From assembly GCF_001194135.2 (NCBI RefSeq), contig NC_068986.1:91989856-92035595 (forward strand): a stretch of DNA of 45,740 bases, in the 5' to 3' direction. Position 1 is the stretch's first letter. Every line of letters begins with the position of its first letter. The stretch is from Octopus bimaculoides. Lineage: Eukaryota. Positions 1 through 12,478 of this stretch are shown here, one piece after another. The notes below the pieces were generated by a model. That model was not told where the DNA came from. It was given only the letters and a program-made list of their open reading frames with translations, and searched no databases. Both the position numbers and the translations under genes were made by a program.

Positions 1-380
1 CCACCACCACTACTATCCCCACCACTGCTGCCACTACTGGCACCTCTACCATCACTACTGTCAGCTCCAGTACCATGACCATCACAACTACCATCTTTTC
101 TAAACTAACACCACTACCATTACCACTATGCATCACCACCAACTCAACCATCTCCTTCGACACCATCCATACCATCACTACTGTTACTATCACCTCTATC
201 ATTCCTATGCCACCACCACCAACACCACCACTAATGACACTGTCATGACTACTACCGCCTTCACTACTATCACCTTTACCTATATTATCACCATTGCCTA
301 TACTATCACCATTATCAATACTATCACTTTAACAATACCATTTCCCCAATTATGACTATTACCAATATCACCACTTTCAT
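1..380. repeat. Degenerate (CAC/CAT/TAC)n low-complexity tract (similar tracts at 4130-4520 and 8870-9550)
   Basis: Direct reading; source of the His/Thr-rich pseudo-ORFs. Confidence 0.9.
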
Positions 381-3360
381 CACTATTGGTGATATTGAAG
401 TCCTAGATGGGATTAAGCATATGCATACAAATATACATTAAGAGCAATGGAAGCAGTATTAATTCCAAAAGGTAATATTTATCCCCACTTAAGAATGGAT
501 GCTGTGTTAGAACACAGAATACTGCAATAATTACTACGAGAGAACCTCTCATATGAACTTTTGGTGCATATAAGCACTCTTGTTTATATCATTAGCAGGA
601 GATAATCAGCTGCCATTGTCACTGGGACTACAAGATCACGTGATTTCAGTCTTCCTTGGCCTTGTCAGTGGTAGACACCTGAAAACTGGAAGTAGCAGTG
701 ATTTCTCCACTAGCGGCACTGGTGTTGCAAATACTCAGTTGGCATATTAAAAAATAATTGTAACAAAAGCAGTATTAATATCAGAAGGTAATATTTATTC
801 CCACTTAATAGTGGATGCTATGTTAGAACATAGAATACTGCGATGGTTGCTATGAGGGAACGTCTCAAATGGAACTCAGAAAGCTTACTGGCCAAAAGAC
901 AAGTTGATCAGAAGACATAATTCTGATGTGGTTTAACTCACAAGTGGGGACATAGAAATACCTGGGTTGTTGTCCAGGTGCATTATAAGACTTCCCAGAA
1001 TAGATGGAACTCTATGTGCCTTGGTTGGCTGGCCATCTAGTGTCAGTGTCTGGTCTTATTGAACAGGTGCAAATCGGGAGCAACACACTAGGAAACAAAT
1101 AACTGTATTAGCCAGTTTTTCTTTACTAAAGAAAGTATAGTGTAGTATGAGAGAGGTTTTATCATTATTTCTAGAAATTCAAGAGACTACATTGTGGCAC
1201 CTTCAAGGCATTATTGTTGTTGTCAGTTGTGGTGATGCTAAATGTGGTATTGTGTGCAGGAGGGGTGGGTAAATATGTGTGTGAGGGAGAGGTAAATGGG
1301 CTAAGTATAATAGTGATGACGATGATGATGATAATGATGGAGAGATAATACTATGATAAAAAGGGTACAGTAACATTATAACGGAAGTGATAATATGATA
1401 AAGGGACAGATAGGGATTAAGATGATGATAATGATACGATAAAGGAGTAGGAAGAAGTTAGGATAACAAGGAGCCGATATAAAAAGGGATTATGATGGTG
1501 TTGATAATGCGATAAAGGGGTAGGAATGGGATTATGATGGCAGTAATGAAGATATGATAAAGGGATTTTGAAAGTGGTAATGATAATATGATAAAGGGGT
1601 AGGGATTGATACTGAACCTGGTCCCTAAGGGTTTTTTTTTACGAAATTGATCACTTGTCTGTTTCATGNNNNNNNNNNNNNNNNNNNNNNNNNNNNNNNN
1701 NNNNNNNNNNNNNNNNNNNNNNNNNNNNNNNNNNNNNNNNNNNNNNNNNNNNNNNNNNNNNNNNNNNNNNNNNNNNNNNNNNNNNNNNNNNNNNNNNNNN
1801 NNNNNNNNNNNNNNNNNNNNNNNNNNNNNNNNNNNNNNNNNNNNNNNNNNNNNNTGGTGGTGGTGGTGGTGGGGTAGAGAGGAATTATGATGATAGTTAC
1901 ATGATCAGCAGTTATGATTCAACTCTAAGGAAGTTATTAAATTATTTGGTTGGTTAGTATATTGTAAACACTGTAAATATTTACTGAGCCTTGAAGAACT
2001 TTTAAAAAGTCAATAATTGATTCTGTGTTTTGGCATGAAGCAGGTGACTGATCAACTTTACAAGGATCCTTAGAGAACAGATGCAATATCAATTTCTATA
2101 TTATTGAATAGATGAAAGAAAGGAAAACAAAATTCTTCCCAGAGAGTAACTCAGTCTCTCCAAAATATATAACAGAATATAACCCATCTCCAGTAACTAA
2201 AGCTTGGTATCTACCATTCTCAACATGTGGGTGGACAGGCAAGCTATGTAGAATGAAGTTCATTACCCAGAAGCACAATGTAATCCACCATTCCCAAGAG
2301 ATAGGTGAACAGAGAAGCTATATAAATTATGTTTCCAACTTAGAAGCACAATGGAATCCACTATTACCAACTTTACCTGGGGTGCTAGTCGCTATGAGTA
2401 TACTTGATTGTACCATATCACAACGTACACCTCCCCACATCCTTCTCTGTGTTCCCAGATTATTCATCAACATTTCGTAGCTACTTCCTTCCAAAGAATC
2501 ATTAAAATCTTGCAATCTTCTCTCAACACTGCACTTTGTTTCTTCAAAGTCTTTGATGGCAAACAAGTTCTTTTTTTCCATATTACACAAATTTGGCACA
2601 TGTTTAGGGTTGTACTAATCTCAGACATACCTCTTTCATTTCAAAGTTGGTGAGCTTTTTCTCCAAAGCCACATTTACAAAGTGCTTTAATTTCACTGAT
2701 GCATTCAAGAGCAATCTTTTGAACAGCATTTTGTGACCTTCAACTTTCTCCTTCCTACTTTCATGTTTTTTCCTGTAAAGTGGTTGGTGTTCGGAAGGGC
2801 ATCCAGCTCTAAAAACCTTGCCAAAACTGACCTTGCCTGTGCCACGTAAAAAGCACTACTCACCTCACCTGTGTTTGTGCCACATAAAAAGCACTAAGTC
2901 CACTCTAAAAGATCTCGGAAAAAATACTTCAATGGAATTTGTCCAATGCACCAGTGATTCTTCCAGCTCACCACTTTTTAATGAATCAAATAATCAATTG
3001 TAATTGCTTAAAAACTGTTTTGAGCCTACAGGGCTCATTCAGATTTTCAGGAGTTTACACTAAGAGAAGCTGTAAAAATCCTGCCAAAACAATCACAGAA
3101 GTCTGGTGCAGGCTTTGGCCTGGCTGGCTCTTGTGGTACCATCCCACCCTTTGCTAGCATGGAAGACAGACTTTAAGTAATGATGATGATGATGATGATG
3201 ATGATCTTGATGATGATACAGAGTTGATTTTGCATTCTTAGGACCAATCACTGGATAACAACCAGTGGAAACTTCCACTTCCAACCTGCCATGTCTGACC
3301 ATAGGCATTTCAATGATCTCCTCAGGGTTCCTTTTGATAATCCCATAGCCTTGGTATTTT

Positions 3361-3705
3361 CATCATCATCATCATCATCATCGTTTAATGTCCGCCTTCC
3401 ATGCTAGCATGGGTTGGACGATTTGACTGAGGACTGGTGAAACCAGATGGCTACACCAGGCTCCAATCTGATTTGGCAAAGTTTCTACAGCTGGATGCCC
3501 TTCCTAACGCCAATCACTCCGAGAGTGTAGTGGGTGCTTTTACGTGCCACTGGCACGAAGGCCAGTCAGGCAGTACTGGCAACGGCTACGCTCAAATGGT
3601 GTTTTTTACGTGCCACCTGCACAGGAGTCAGTCCAGTGGCACTGGCAATGACCTCGCTCGAATGTTTTTTCATGTGCCACCGGCACAAGTGCCAGTAAGG
3701 CGCTA
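3361..3705 (-). mobile_element. Family B: 5'-truncated RTE-type 3'UTR with (GAT)n tail
   Basis: Reverse complement carries GGCACGTAAAAGCACC subrepeats, TTAGGAAGGGCATCCAGCTGTAGAAA and CATGCTAGCATGGAAGGCGGACATTAAACGATGATG. Related partial + strand pieces lie at 2775-2910 and 3075-3205. Confidence 0.75.
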
Positions 3706-3742
3706 GGTTCAAATTGTTTAAATTGCTTGATATTATCCTTCC

Positions 3743-4128
3743 ATGACTTTGTGGTGAGAAGTTTGCTTCCCAACCACGTGGTTGCAGGTTCAGTCCTACT
3801 GCATGTCTCTTTGGGTAAAAGTCTCTTACCATAGCCTTGAGCCAACCAAGGCCTTATGAGTGGATTTGGTAGATGGAAACTGAAAGAAGCCCATTGTATA
3901 TCTGTGTGTGTCTTTGTATCTGTGTTTGTCCCCCACCACTGCTTGACAATTGGTGTTGGTGTTTTTATGTCTCAGTAACTTAGCAGTTTGGCAAAAGTGA
4001 CTGATAGAATAAGTACTACGCATAGAAAAAAAATGAATTAAGAACCGGAGTCAATTTGTTTGACTAAAACTTCTTCAGCATGGTACTCCAGTATGGCCAC
4101 AGTTTAATGACTGAAACAATTGATAAAA
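3743..4128 (+). mobile_element. Family A tRNA-derived CORE-like SINE (older copy)
   Basis: tRNA-like head with B box GGTTCAGTCC, CTTGGGCAAG-like core, internal TG/TA microsatellite, TGACTGAAACAA end. Confidence 0.75.
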
Positions 4129-4794
4129 TAGGCACTACCACCATCATCACTACCATCACCTCCACTTGCACCATCACCACCACCACCAATGCCACCACCA
4201 TCACCACCAACAACAGCACCACCATCACCACCAACAAAAGTACCATCACCACTATCATCATCATCATCACAATGACCACCAACATCACCATAGTTACCAC
4301 TACCACTTCCCACATTCACCACCATCACCACCATTCTACCATCAGCGCCTCTATACTAGCTGTGTCACCACTATCACCACCACCATCACTACCACCAACA
4401 CAATTGTCATCATCACCACCATCATCATCACAATGACCACCAACATCCTCGCAATTGTCACTACCGATTTCCACATTCATCACCATAACCATCACCACCA
4501 CCACCACCACCATCCACCACCAAACCTTCCACTGTTCCCTTCAATAAAAACTTCAATGATGTGTAAAGTGTGAAGCTTTAAAATAAAGAAGACTTTTGGG
4601 AGGAAGAGGTGAGGCTATTAATGTTGGCAGGTGTTCAATTAATAGCCACAGCTGTTGTTAACTTGATGTGTCATTCTTGGTGGTGGTTAACCATATGTTG
4701 TAGGGGATGGCAATGGAATAGGTGGGGAAGAAGGACGACTTGGGAATGTTATAAATGGTTGGTTGTTCTGCTTTATTGTTATTGTGATATATAG

Positions 4795-4990
4795 CCCCAG
4801 GTTAGCCCTCATGCAGCAGATCTGTGATCAAAGACTTTCCAACTGTGACCATTCCAACTGTAACCATTCTGTTTTTTTACCCTTGTGCAGCAAACGCAGA
4901 ATCACATTATTCAATGTGTTCTTTTCTGAGATGTCAGGGTGTGATTTAAGGGTGGTTTGGCTGCTGTTTCTAGCAGGTTGAGTGACCACG
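4795..4990 (-). mobile_element. Family H short interspersed repeat (other copies 5790-5965 +, 6045-6150 +, 11490-11585 -)
   Basis: Shared motifs CTAGAAATAGCAGC(C/T)AAATC and GGATGGTCACGGTTGGAATG between copies. Confidence 0.55.
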
Positions 4991-5067
4991 TAGAGTGGCT
5001 GTTTCATTGGTACTCTTAGATAGTTGACCATGTGTCTCTGTGCATGAGTATATTTGTGTGTGTGTGT

Positions 5068-5110
<43 letters not shown>

Positions 5111-6411
5111 NNNNNNNNNNNNNNNNNNNNNNNNNNNNNNNNNNNNNNNNNNNNNNNNNNNNNNNNNNNNNNNNNNNNNNNNNNNNNNNNNNNNNNNNNN
5201 NNNNNNNNNNNNNAGATGAGTGTGTGTGTGGGGGGGGATTGGTGGATGAGGCAGATATGCTGTCAGAGTTGGGGGTGGATGGACTAAGGCAGCCCCTATG
5301 GAAGTTGGAAGAGTGGATTCTGTGATGTGAAGCATGAAGGGATTATGTTGTGTGTATGTGTGTGTGTGTGTGTGGTGAAGGGAGTTATTGTGTTGTATAG
5401 GGGCTGGTATGGGTAGATGAATGGGGTGCATGGTTATGGATTGTTTACCCAGAGAGAGTGTCATGTGATGTTGAGGGTGGCGTTGGTTGGTCAGGTGATT
5501 TGGGGGGGTAACAGGAAGAAATGAGAGGTGTGTGTGTGTGTGTGTGTATTTGTAGAGGATTGGTTATGTAGCTATGTCTATGTGTGCACGTGTGTGTGTG
5601 TGTGACTTGTTGGGAAACTTTAGTGTGTGTGTGTGTGTGTGTGTGTACATCCTTCCAACTTCCTCATCAGAAAACATCGTTGCTATTATTGCCACCACCT
5701 ACAACAAGAATACTACCAAGGAAATAACATTAAGTTACATCATCATCATCATCATCATGACTATTATAAATAATGTTGTCATTATGTACTCATGAGAGAG
5801 CTTCTATTATATGGTTGCTTGACTTGCTGGAAATAGCAGTCAAATCTTCTTCAAACCACATTCTGCCATTTTGAGTAGGGCAAGGACACATAATGTACTC
5901 TTAAAAGAGGCAGGATGGTCACGGTTGGAATGTCTTTTAGGTTTGACATAAGGCTAAGCAACAAGATTGTCATCACCATTACCATCAGTGTCATCATCAT
6001 CAATATCATCATTACTCTTATAAACAAGCCAATAAGGAAAGCTTACATGATTGCTTGACATGCTAGAAATAGCAGCTAAATCCTCCTCAAATCACACTGC
6101 ACTTTTCATAAGAAAAAGAAAGACATGTTGGATAATGTTGTCCTAGACACACTTATCATCGTTGTCGTCATCATCATCATTATCATCATCATTTTAATGT
6201 CCATTTTCTGTGCAGGCATAGGTCATATGAAATTCATGGATGACATATTTCCAAGTAAGTTAATATTTCCCCCCACACATTATGGCAGGACATGTTTCTG
6301 CAGATGACCAGAAATGAGAGACACCACTTGTAGGGCAGTGCCACTTGTTTATATATCTATTGCATGATGCCCAAACACCATCCTCTACTGGTCTTATAAA
6401 AAAAACGCCAT

Positions 6412-6750
6412 GTTAGAGAATGTGGTCCAGTAGTTAGAGTATCAAGCTTACGATTGTGAGGTTGTGAGTTCGATTCCTGGATTGGGCTGTGTGTTGTGTT
6501 CTTGAGCAAGACACTTTATTTCACGTTGCTCCAGTTCACTCAGCTGTAGAAATGAGTTGTAACATCAATGGTGCCAAGCTGTATCGGCCTTTGCCTTTCC
6601 CTTGGACAACATCAGTGGTGTGGAGAGGGTAGGCTGGTATGCATGGACAACTGCTGGTCTTCCATAAACAACTTTGCCCAGACTTGTGCCTCAGAGGGTA
6701 ACTTTCTAGGTGCAATCCCATGGTCATTCGTGACTGAAGGGGGTCTTTAC
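6412..6750 (+). mobile_element. tRNA head + CORE SINE with a distinct 3' region
   Basis: GTGGTCCAGTAGTT, GAGTTCGATTCC B box, TTCTTGAGCAAGACACTTTATTTCACGTTGCTCCAGTTCACTCAGCTG core. Confidence 0.7.
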
Positions 6751-7234
6751 TTTTTTTTTACACATGGTTACTTAACTGGGGACTACAGCTGCTGCTGCTT
6801 ATAATTGCTTATGGAGAGAGAGAGAGAGAGAGAGAGAAGGTAGATGAGATGACNNNNNNNNNNNNNNNNNNNNNNNNNNNNNNNNNNNNNNNNNNNNNNN
6901 NNNNNNNNNNNNNNNNNNNNNNNNNNNNNNNNNNNNNNNNNNNNNNNNNNNNNNNNNNNNNNNNNNNNNNNNNNNNNNNNNNNNNNNNNNNNNNNNNNNN
7001 NNNNNNNNNNNNNNNNNNNNNNNNNNNNNNNNNNNNNNNNNNNNNNNNNNNNNNNNNNNNNNNNNNNNNNNNNNNNNNNNNNNNNNNNNNNNNNNNNNNN
7101 NNNNNNNNNNNNNNNNNNNNNNNNNNNNNNNNNNNNNNNNNNNNNNNNNNNNNNNNNNNNNNNNNNNNNNNNNNNNNNNNNNNNNNNNNNNNNNNNNNNN
7201 NNNNNNTGTGAAGAATTACGTCAATCCTTTTAGA

Positions 7235-7237
<3 letters not shown>

Positions 7238-7273
<36 letters not shown>

Positions 7274-7340
7274 TAATAATAATAATAATAATGATAATAA
7301 TAATAATAATAATGATAATAATAATAATAATAATAATAAT
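7238..7340. repeat. (AAT)n microsatellite; other (AAT/ATT)n at 22334-22362, 29147-29208, 36705-36738, 42738-42800, 45058-45118
   Basis: Direct reading. Confidence 0.95.
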
Positions 7341-7798
7341 AGACATTCTATCTCTACATCTCTTTTCTTGCTCATATTTCCTCCTTCTTGCACTATGCTT
7401 ACCTCTCATTCCCCAATCTTGTCCTCATGGCTCTGTTTCTCTGTATCATTGCTATCCGGTAGCCCCATCCCCCCCATCTATATACCCAGGTTTTTACCAC
7501 TCACCGCATTCCCCTTCCCCACTCTCTATTCACGCTTCTTGGCAATGTCCTGTTGCTTACATTATGACCTTTGAACCTTAGGGGTATGTCCTGGCACTTG
7601 CCACCATCTATATCTTTTCTTTTACTCAACCATCACATTTACATTCTGATCCCCATCCCTTGTGAGTACACCTGGCACTTTGCCACCATCTCTATCCTGC
7701 TGCCTCTCACCATCACTCTCCTTCTCCTGTGCTTCCCTCAAGTTGGGTAGCCATGTATCTCCTTTAAGGCAACTCACCTAATTCTGTCCTCATTCCTG

Positions 7799-7841
<43 letters not shown>

Positions 7842-9017
7842 TCTCTCTCTCTCTCTCACTGGGTGATCTTGTACTTCCTCTACAATAAGACACCTGTTTC
7901 TGTCTCTCTGTCTCACTGTAACCTTTCATTATCTGAAATAAGATCCCCTCCTCTCTCAAAAGATTTTTGTCTTGCAAGTAACTTGGTGACCCTGTCAGTN
8001 NNNNNNNNNNNNNNNNNNNNNNNNNNNNNNNNNNNNNNNNNNNNNNNNNNNNNNNNNNNNNNNNNNNNNNNNNNNNNNNNNNNNNNNNNNNNNNNNNNNN
8101 NNNNNNNNNNNNNNNNNNNNNNNNNNNNNNNNNNNNNNNNNNNNNNNNNNNNNNNNNNNNNNNNNNNNNNNNNNNNNNNNNNNNNNNNNNNNNNNNNNNN
8201 NNNNNNNNNNNNNNNNNNNNNNNNNNNNNNNNNNNNNNNNNNNNNNNNNNNNNNNNNNNNNNNNNNNNNNNNNNNNNNNNNNNNNNNNNNNNNNNNNNNN
8301 NNNNNNNNNNNNNNNNNNNNNNNNNNNNNNNNNNNNNNNNNNNNNNNNNNNNNNNNNNNNNNNNNNNNNNNNNNNNNNNNNNNNNNNNNNNNNNNNNNNN
8401 NNNNNNNNNNNNNNNNNNNNNNNNNNNNNNNNNNNNNNNNNNNNNNNNNNNNNNNNNNNNNNNNNNNNNNNNNNNNNNNNNNNNNNNNNNNNNNNNNNNN
8501 NNNNNNNNNNNNNNNNNNNNNNNNNNNNNNNNNNNNNNNNNNNNNNNNNNNNNNNNNNNNNNNNNNNNNNNNNNNNNNNNNNNNNNNNNNNNNNNNNNNN
8601 NNNNNNNNNNNNNNNNNNNNNNNNNNNNNNNNNNNNNNNNNNNNNNNNNNNNNNNNNNNNNNNNNNNNNNNNNNNNNNNNNNNNNNNNNNNNNNNNNNNN
8701 NNNNNNNNNNNNNNNNNNNNNNNNNNNNNNNNNNNNNNNNNNNNNNNNNNNNNNNNNNNNNNNNNNNNNNNNNNNNNNNNNNNNNNNNNNNATATATATA
8801 TATATATATAATGCAAATATGTGCAGCTACTCTGGTTAAGTAATCTCTAAACTTATAGTCTCAACCCTCTCATCATTACTACCTCTGGCCATCTATCACC
8901 AGTACTACTTCCCCAACTGACCCAGTCATCTCTAATACATCATCTCCATCACCACCAGCTCTGCAACTATCTTCACTTACATTGCCATCATCACCACCAT
9001 CATTGTCATGCAAACCA

Positions 9018-9051
<34 letters not shown>

Positions 9052-9052
9052 T

Positions 9053-9107
<55 letters not shown>

Positions 9108-9127
9108 GCTGCTGGTGCTGCTGCTGT

Positions 9128-9183
<56 letters not shown>

Positions 9184-9208
9184 TTACTACTACTACTACT
9201 ACTACTAC
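9018..9208. repeat. (TAC)n microsatellite with a (TGC)n interruption
   Basis: Direct reading. Confidence 0.95.
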
Positions 9209-9737
9209 CATTAACACCCACCATGGTTATCTTTCTCATCATCATCATCATCATCATCGTTAACATAATCATGACAGCCACAACCACCACGTACATCAAC
9301 TCCTTCCTACATCACCATTGCAACCACCTATGTCAACACCATTAGTCTCATCATGATCACCGCCACCACCACCACCACCACCACCACCACCACCATTATC
9401 ATCATTACTATCATCACCACCATCACCTACATCATTATCCCCTACTAACACCACTACTGCCATCATCATCATCATCGTCATCATCATTGTTACCACTGCT
9501 ACCATTACATCATATGACCATCATCATGATCACCATCACCACTTTATCACTGTACCAACAATATTGTTGTAGAAAATGTCAGTGAAGTGACTTTGACATT
9601 TATCAACTCACTACTTCTCTCCTACTCTCACTCTCCCTCCCACTTCATCTTTTTTACTCTCTCTCTTGTAAGCGAATAAACACAAACACACACATACCAA
9701 CACACACACTCATTCACACATACCTGTGCATATCCAA

Positions 9738-9935
9738 CTGGCACTCGGTTGGTTATAATGACAAGTGTTCCAGTTGATCCGATCAATGGAACAGCCTGCT
9801 TGTGAAATTGGCTGAGCAATCCACAGACACGTGTACCCTTAATGCAGTGACACAGAGTTTGACAAGGGTGGCCCCTTGTAAAACAAGTACTACACATTTT
9901 TACCAGCTGAGTGGACGGAAGCAACATGAAATGTA
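9738..9935 (-). mobile_element. CORE + family C 3' module SINE fragment
   Basis: Reverse complement: GTCCACTCAGCTGGTAAAATG core, then GATCGGATCAACTGGAAC. Confidence 0.65.
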
Positions 9936-9957
9936 CAGTGCAATATTTTTAAGATGT

Positions 9958-10493
9958 TTGACTGGCACCCATGCCAACCTCTCCTTCATTGGACACTAAA
10001 CACAGCTTGCGAAGACCTGTTGGGGCAAGTGAGATCTAAACTGAATCAAATTCGATGACTGGTACCCGTGCCAGTGGAGCACTAACAGCACTATCCGAGT
10101 GGGATCACTGCCAGAGCAGCAGTCTTGCTTCCGTGCCAGTAGCACGTAAAAAGCACCATTTGAGCACGATCGTATCCAGCTTCACCTGACTGGCACTTGT
10201 GCTGGTGGCATGTGAACAAAACATTGGACTGACTCCTGTGCAGGTGGCACATAAAAAACACCATTTGAGCATGGCTGTTGCCAGTACCGCTGGACTGGCC
10301 CTCATGCCGTGGCACATAAAAAGCACCCACTACACTCTCGGAGTGGTTGGCGTTAGGAAGGGCATCCAGCTGTAGAAACATTGCCAGATCAGATTGGAGT
10401 CTGGTGTAGCCATCTGGTTCGCCAATCCCCAGTCAAATCGTCCAACCCATGCTAGCATGGTGAGCAGACGTTAAATGATGATGATGATGATGA
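9958..10493 (+). mobile_element. Family B (RTE-type 3'UTR), long copy with several internal subrepeats
   Basis: Same diagnostic motifs and (ATG)n tail. Confidence 0.75.
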
Positions 10494-10547
10494 CTGTTAA
10501 GCGTATTGCACTATACTGCTCTCTGCTACACTATGGATTCTCTTTCG

Positions 10548-10940
10548 CTTTTCTCTTTTACTTGTTTCAGTCATTTGACTGCAGCCATGCTGGAGCACCA
10601 CCTTTAGTTGAGCAAATCAACCCCAGGACTTATTCTTTGTAAGCTTAGTACTTATTCTATCGGTCATTTTTGCCGAACCGCTAAGTTACGGCGACGTAAA
10701 CACACCAGCATTGGTTGTCAAGCGATGTTGGGGGGGACAAACACAGACACACAAACACACACATATATACATATACATATATACGATGGGCTTCTTTCAG
10801 TTTCTGTCTACCAAATCCACTCACAAGGCTTTGGTCGGCCCAAAGCTATGGTAGAAGACACTTGCCCAAAGTGCCACGCAGTGGGACTGAACCCGGAACA
10901 ATGTGGTTGGTAAGCAAGCTACTTACCACACAGCCACTTC
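10548..10940 (-). mobile_element. Family A SINE
   Basis: Near full length; reverse complement head TGGCTGTGTGGTAAGTAGCTTGC..GGTTCAGTCCCACTGCGTGGCAC. Confidence 0.85.
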
Positions 10941-11245
10941 TGAACACACCTATCAGTTGTGTTCTTCTCCATTTTATAAACCATCCACACATATATATAT
11001 AGTTGGTCTTTTAATTAGAAGTTTTAAATTAAAATTTCTCATTAGAAGCCATCTAGGTTGCTGATGACTTTTTAATTAAATTTCTGATTAATGATTTCTC
11101 TCTTTACTAGCCATTTGGTTGGTAATAGCTGGTTTTTAATTGGATCTCAAATGGCTCTGAGGTTAAGGTACTGGACTGCTAACTAGCTGAGCTGTGAGTT
11201 CTAATCTCCACTGATGTCATTGGCTTGCTTTTGATTGATGTTTAA

Positions 11246-11456
11246 GGCTTTAGCATTCAGATTACTTTGTAAAGCTTATCTGTTCACATTGTTTTGATTT
11301 AGTCATTCATTATCTCATTGCTTTGAGATTTTGGTGATGCAACTGTTTATTTTTAGAATGACAGTATAGGATAGGTGTGAGATCACAGATCTGGCTTGTG
11401 GAACATAGAACTGGTAGAATATTTTGGCTGGATATGGCCAGTTTAAATGCTAAGGG
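11246..11456. mobile_element. Decayed piggyBac-type MITE
   Basis: TTAA then (g)ctttagcatt ... aatgctaaggg-atta; about 11-bp degenerate TIR. Confidence 0.5.
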
Positions 11457-11589
11457 ATTACAGTAAACAAATTTACTTACTTTTTGTTGTTGCTGTTGTT
11501 GTTATCAGTACCATGTCGGTTCTGATTTAGCTGACCTGTGATCAAAGATATTCAAACCAAGACCATCTCATAGTCTGGTCAGTCATGTG

Positions 11590-11590
<1 letters not shown>

Positions 11591-11625
<35 letters not shown>

Positions 11626-11768
11626 GTTTAACATCCGCTTTCCATGCTGGCATGGGTTGGACAGTTTGACTTAAGGCTGGTGAGCCAGAAGGCTGCACCA
11701 GGCTCAATCTGACCTGGCATAGTTTCTACAGCTAGATGCCCTTCCTAATGCCAACCACTCCTGCAGTG
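11591..11768 (-). mobile_element. Family B 3' fragment
   Basis: (CAT)n, then cgtttaacatccgctttccatgc...gatgcccttcctaatgccaaccactc. Confidence 0.7.
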
Positions 11769-11854
11769 AAAATAGGTCCCATGAATAAACTTCAGGGATC
11801 TGGTATTCAAGTACTATTTTTTTCCACCTTGTTTCACATTTATGTACTTACTCT

Positions 11855-11910
<56 letters not shown>

Positions 11911-12314
11911 CAGATAAACAGCTGTTGAGTATTCCAGTTATTCAATCAGCTAAAAGCTGTACTTATTGAATTATATTGCAAGTGGCTGAGTATTCCATAG
12001 ACACTTGTAACCTTTGAATAATTCTCAGGCAGCATCAATGTGATACAGTGTATGACAAAACTGGTCCTTTCAATTACAGGTATAGTCCATTTGGTAGGAT
12101 TCCACATAGTTTCTGTTTATTCAGTTTGACTCACAAGATTTGGGTTTACCTTAGACTGTCACGGAAGATAATTGCCCAAGAAACTTGCCCTAGTGTTTCA
12201 TGATAGAAATATGACCTCCTTAACCACTTGGTTATTCCTGCAACCAAAACCACTAATAGGCATGCACATGCACTCACATACGCGCACGCGCGCGCACACA
12301 CACACACACACATA

Positions 12315-12478
12315 CAGAGGCTTCCACATTATTTTCCTCTACCGATTTCATTCAAGGCATTTGTTGGTCCAGGACTTTAGTGGGAGACTCTTGCCCAGTG
12401 TGCCATACAGTGGATTTGAACCTGAAACCACATGGTTACAAAGTCAGCTTCTTAACCACACAACTAAGCCTCCACCTA
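12315..12478 (-). mobile_element. Family A-related SINE 5' half (old); another relic at about 12090-12240
   Basis: Degenerate head and core. Confidence 0.5.

Noticed and set aside
7863-8843. Long ORFs in the track, including 7863-8843, 18079-19597, 20119-20879 and 25514-26270
   Set aside because: They are open only because N runs translate as X
8879-9345. Poly-Y/T/V/L/S, His-rich, poly-D and HT/YI/CV-repeat ORFs throughout the window
   Set aside because: Translations of microsatellites; no coding signal
9958-10340. Regularly spaced palindromic repeats resembling a CRISPR array (also 43304-43418)
   Set aside because: Eukaryotic context, degenerate units, no unique spacers and no cas genes; these are a LINE 3'UTR subrepeat and a minisatellite
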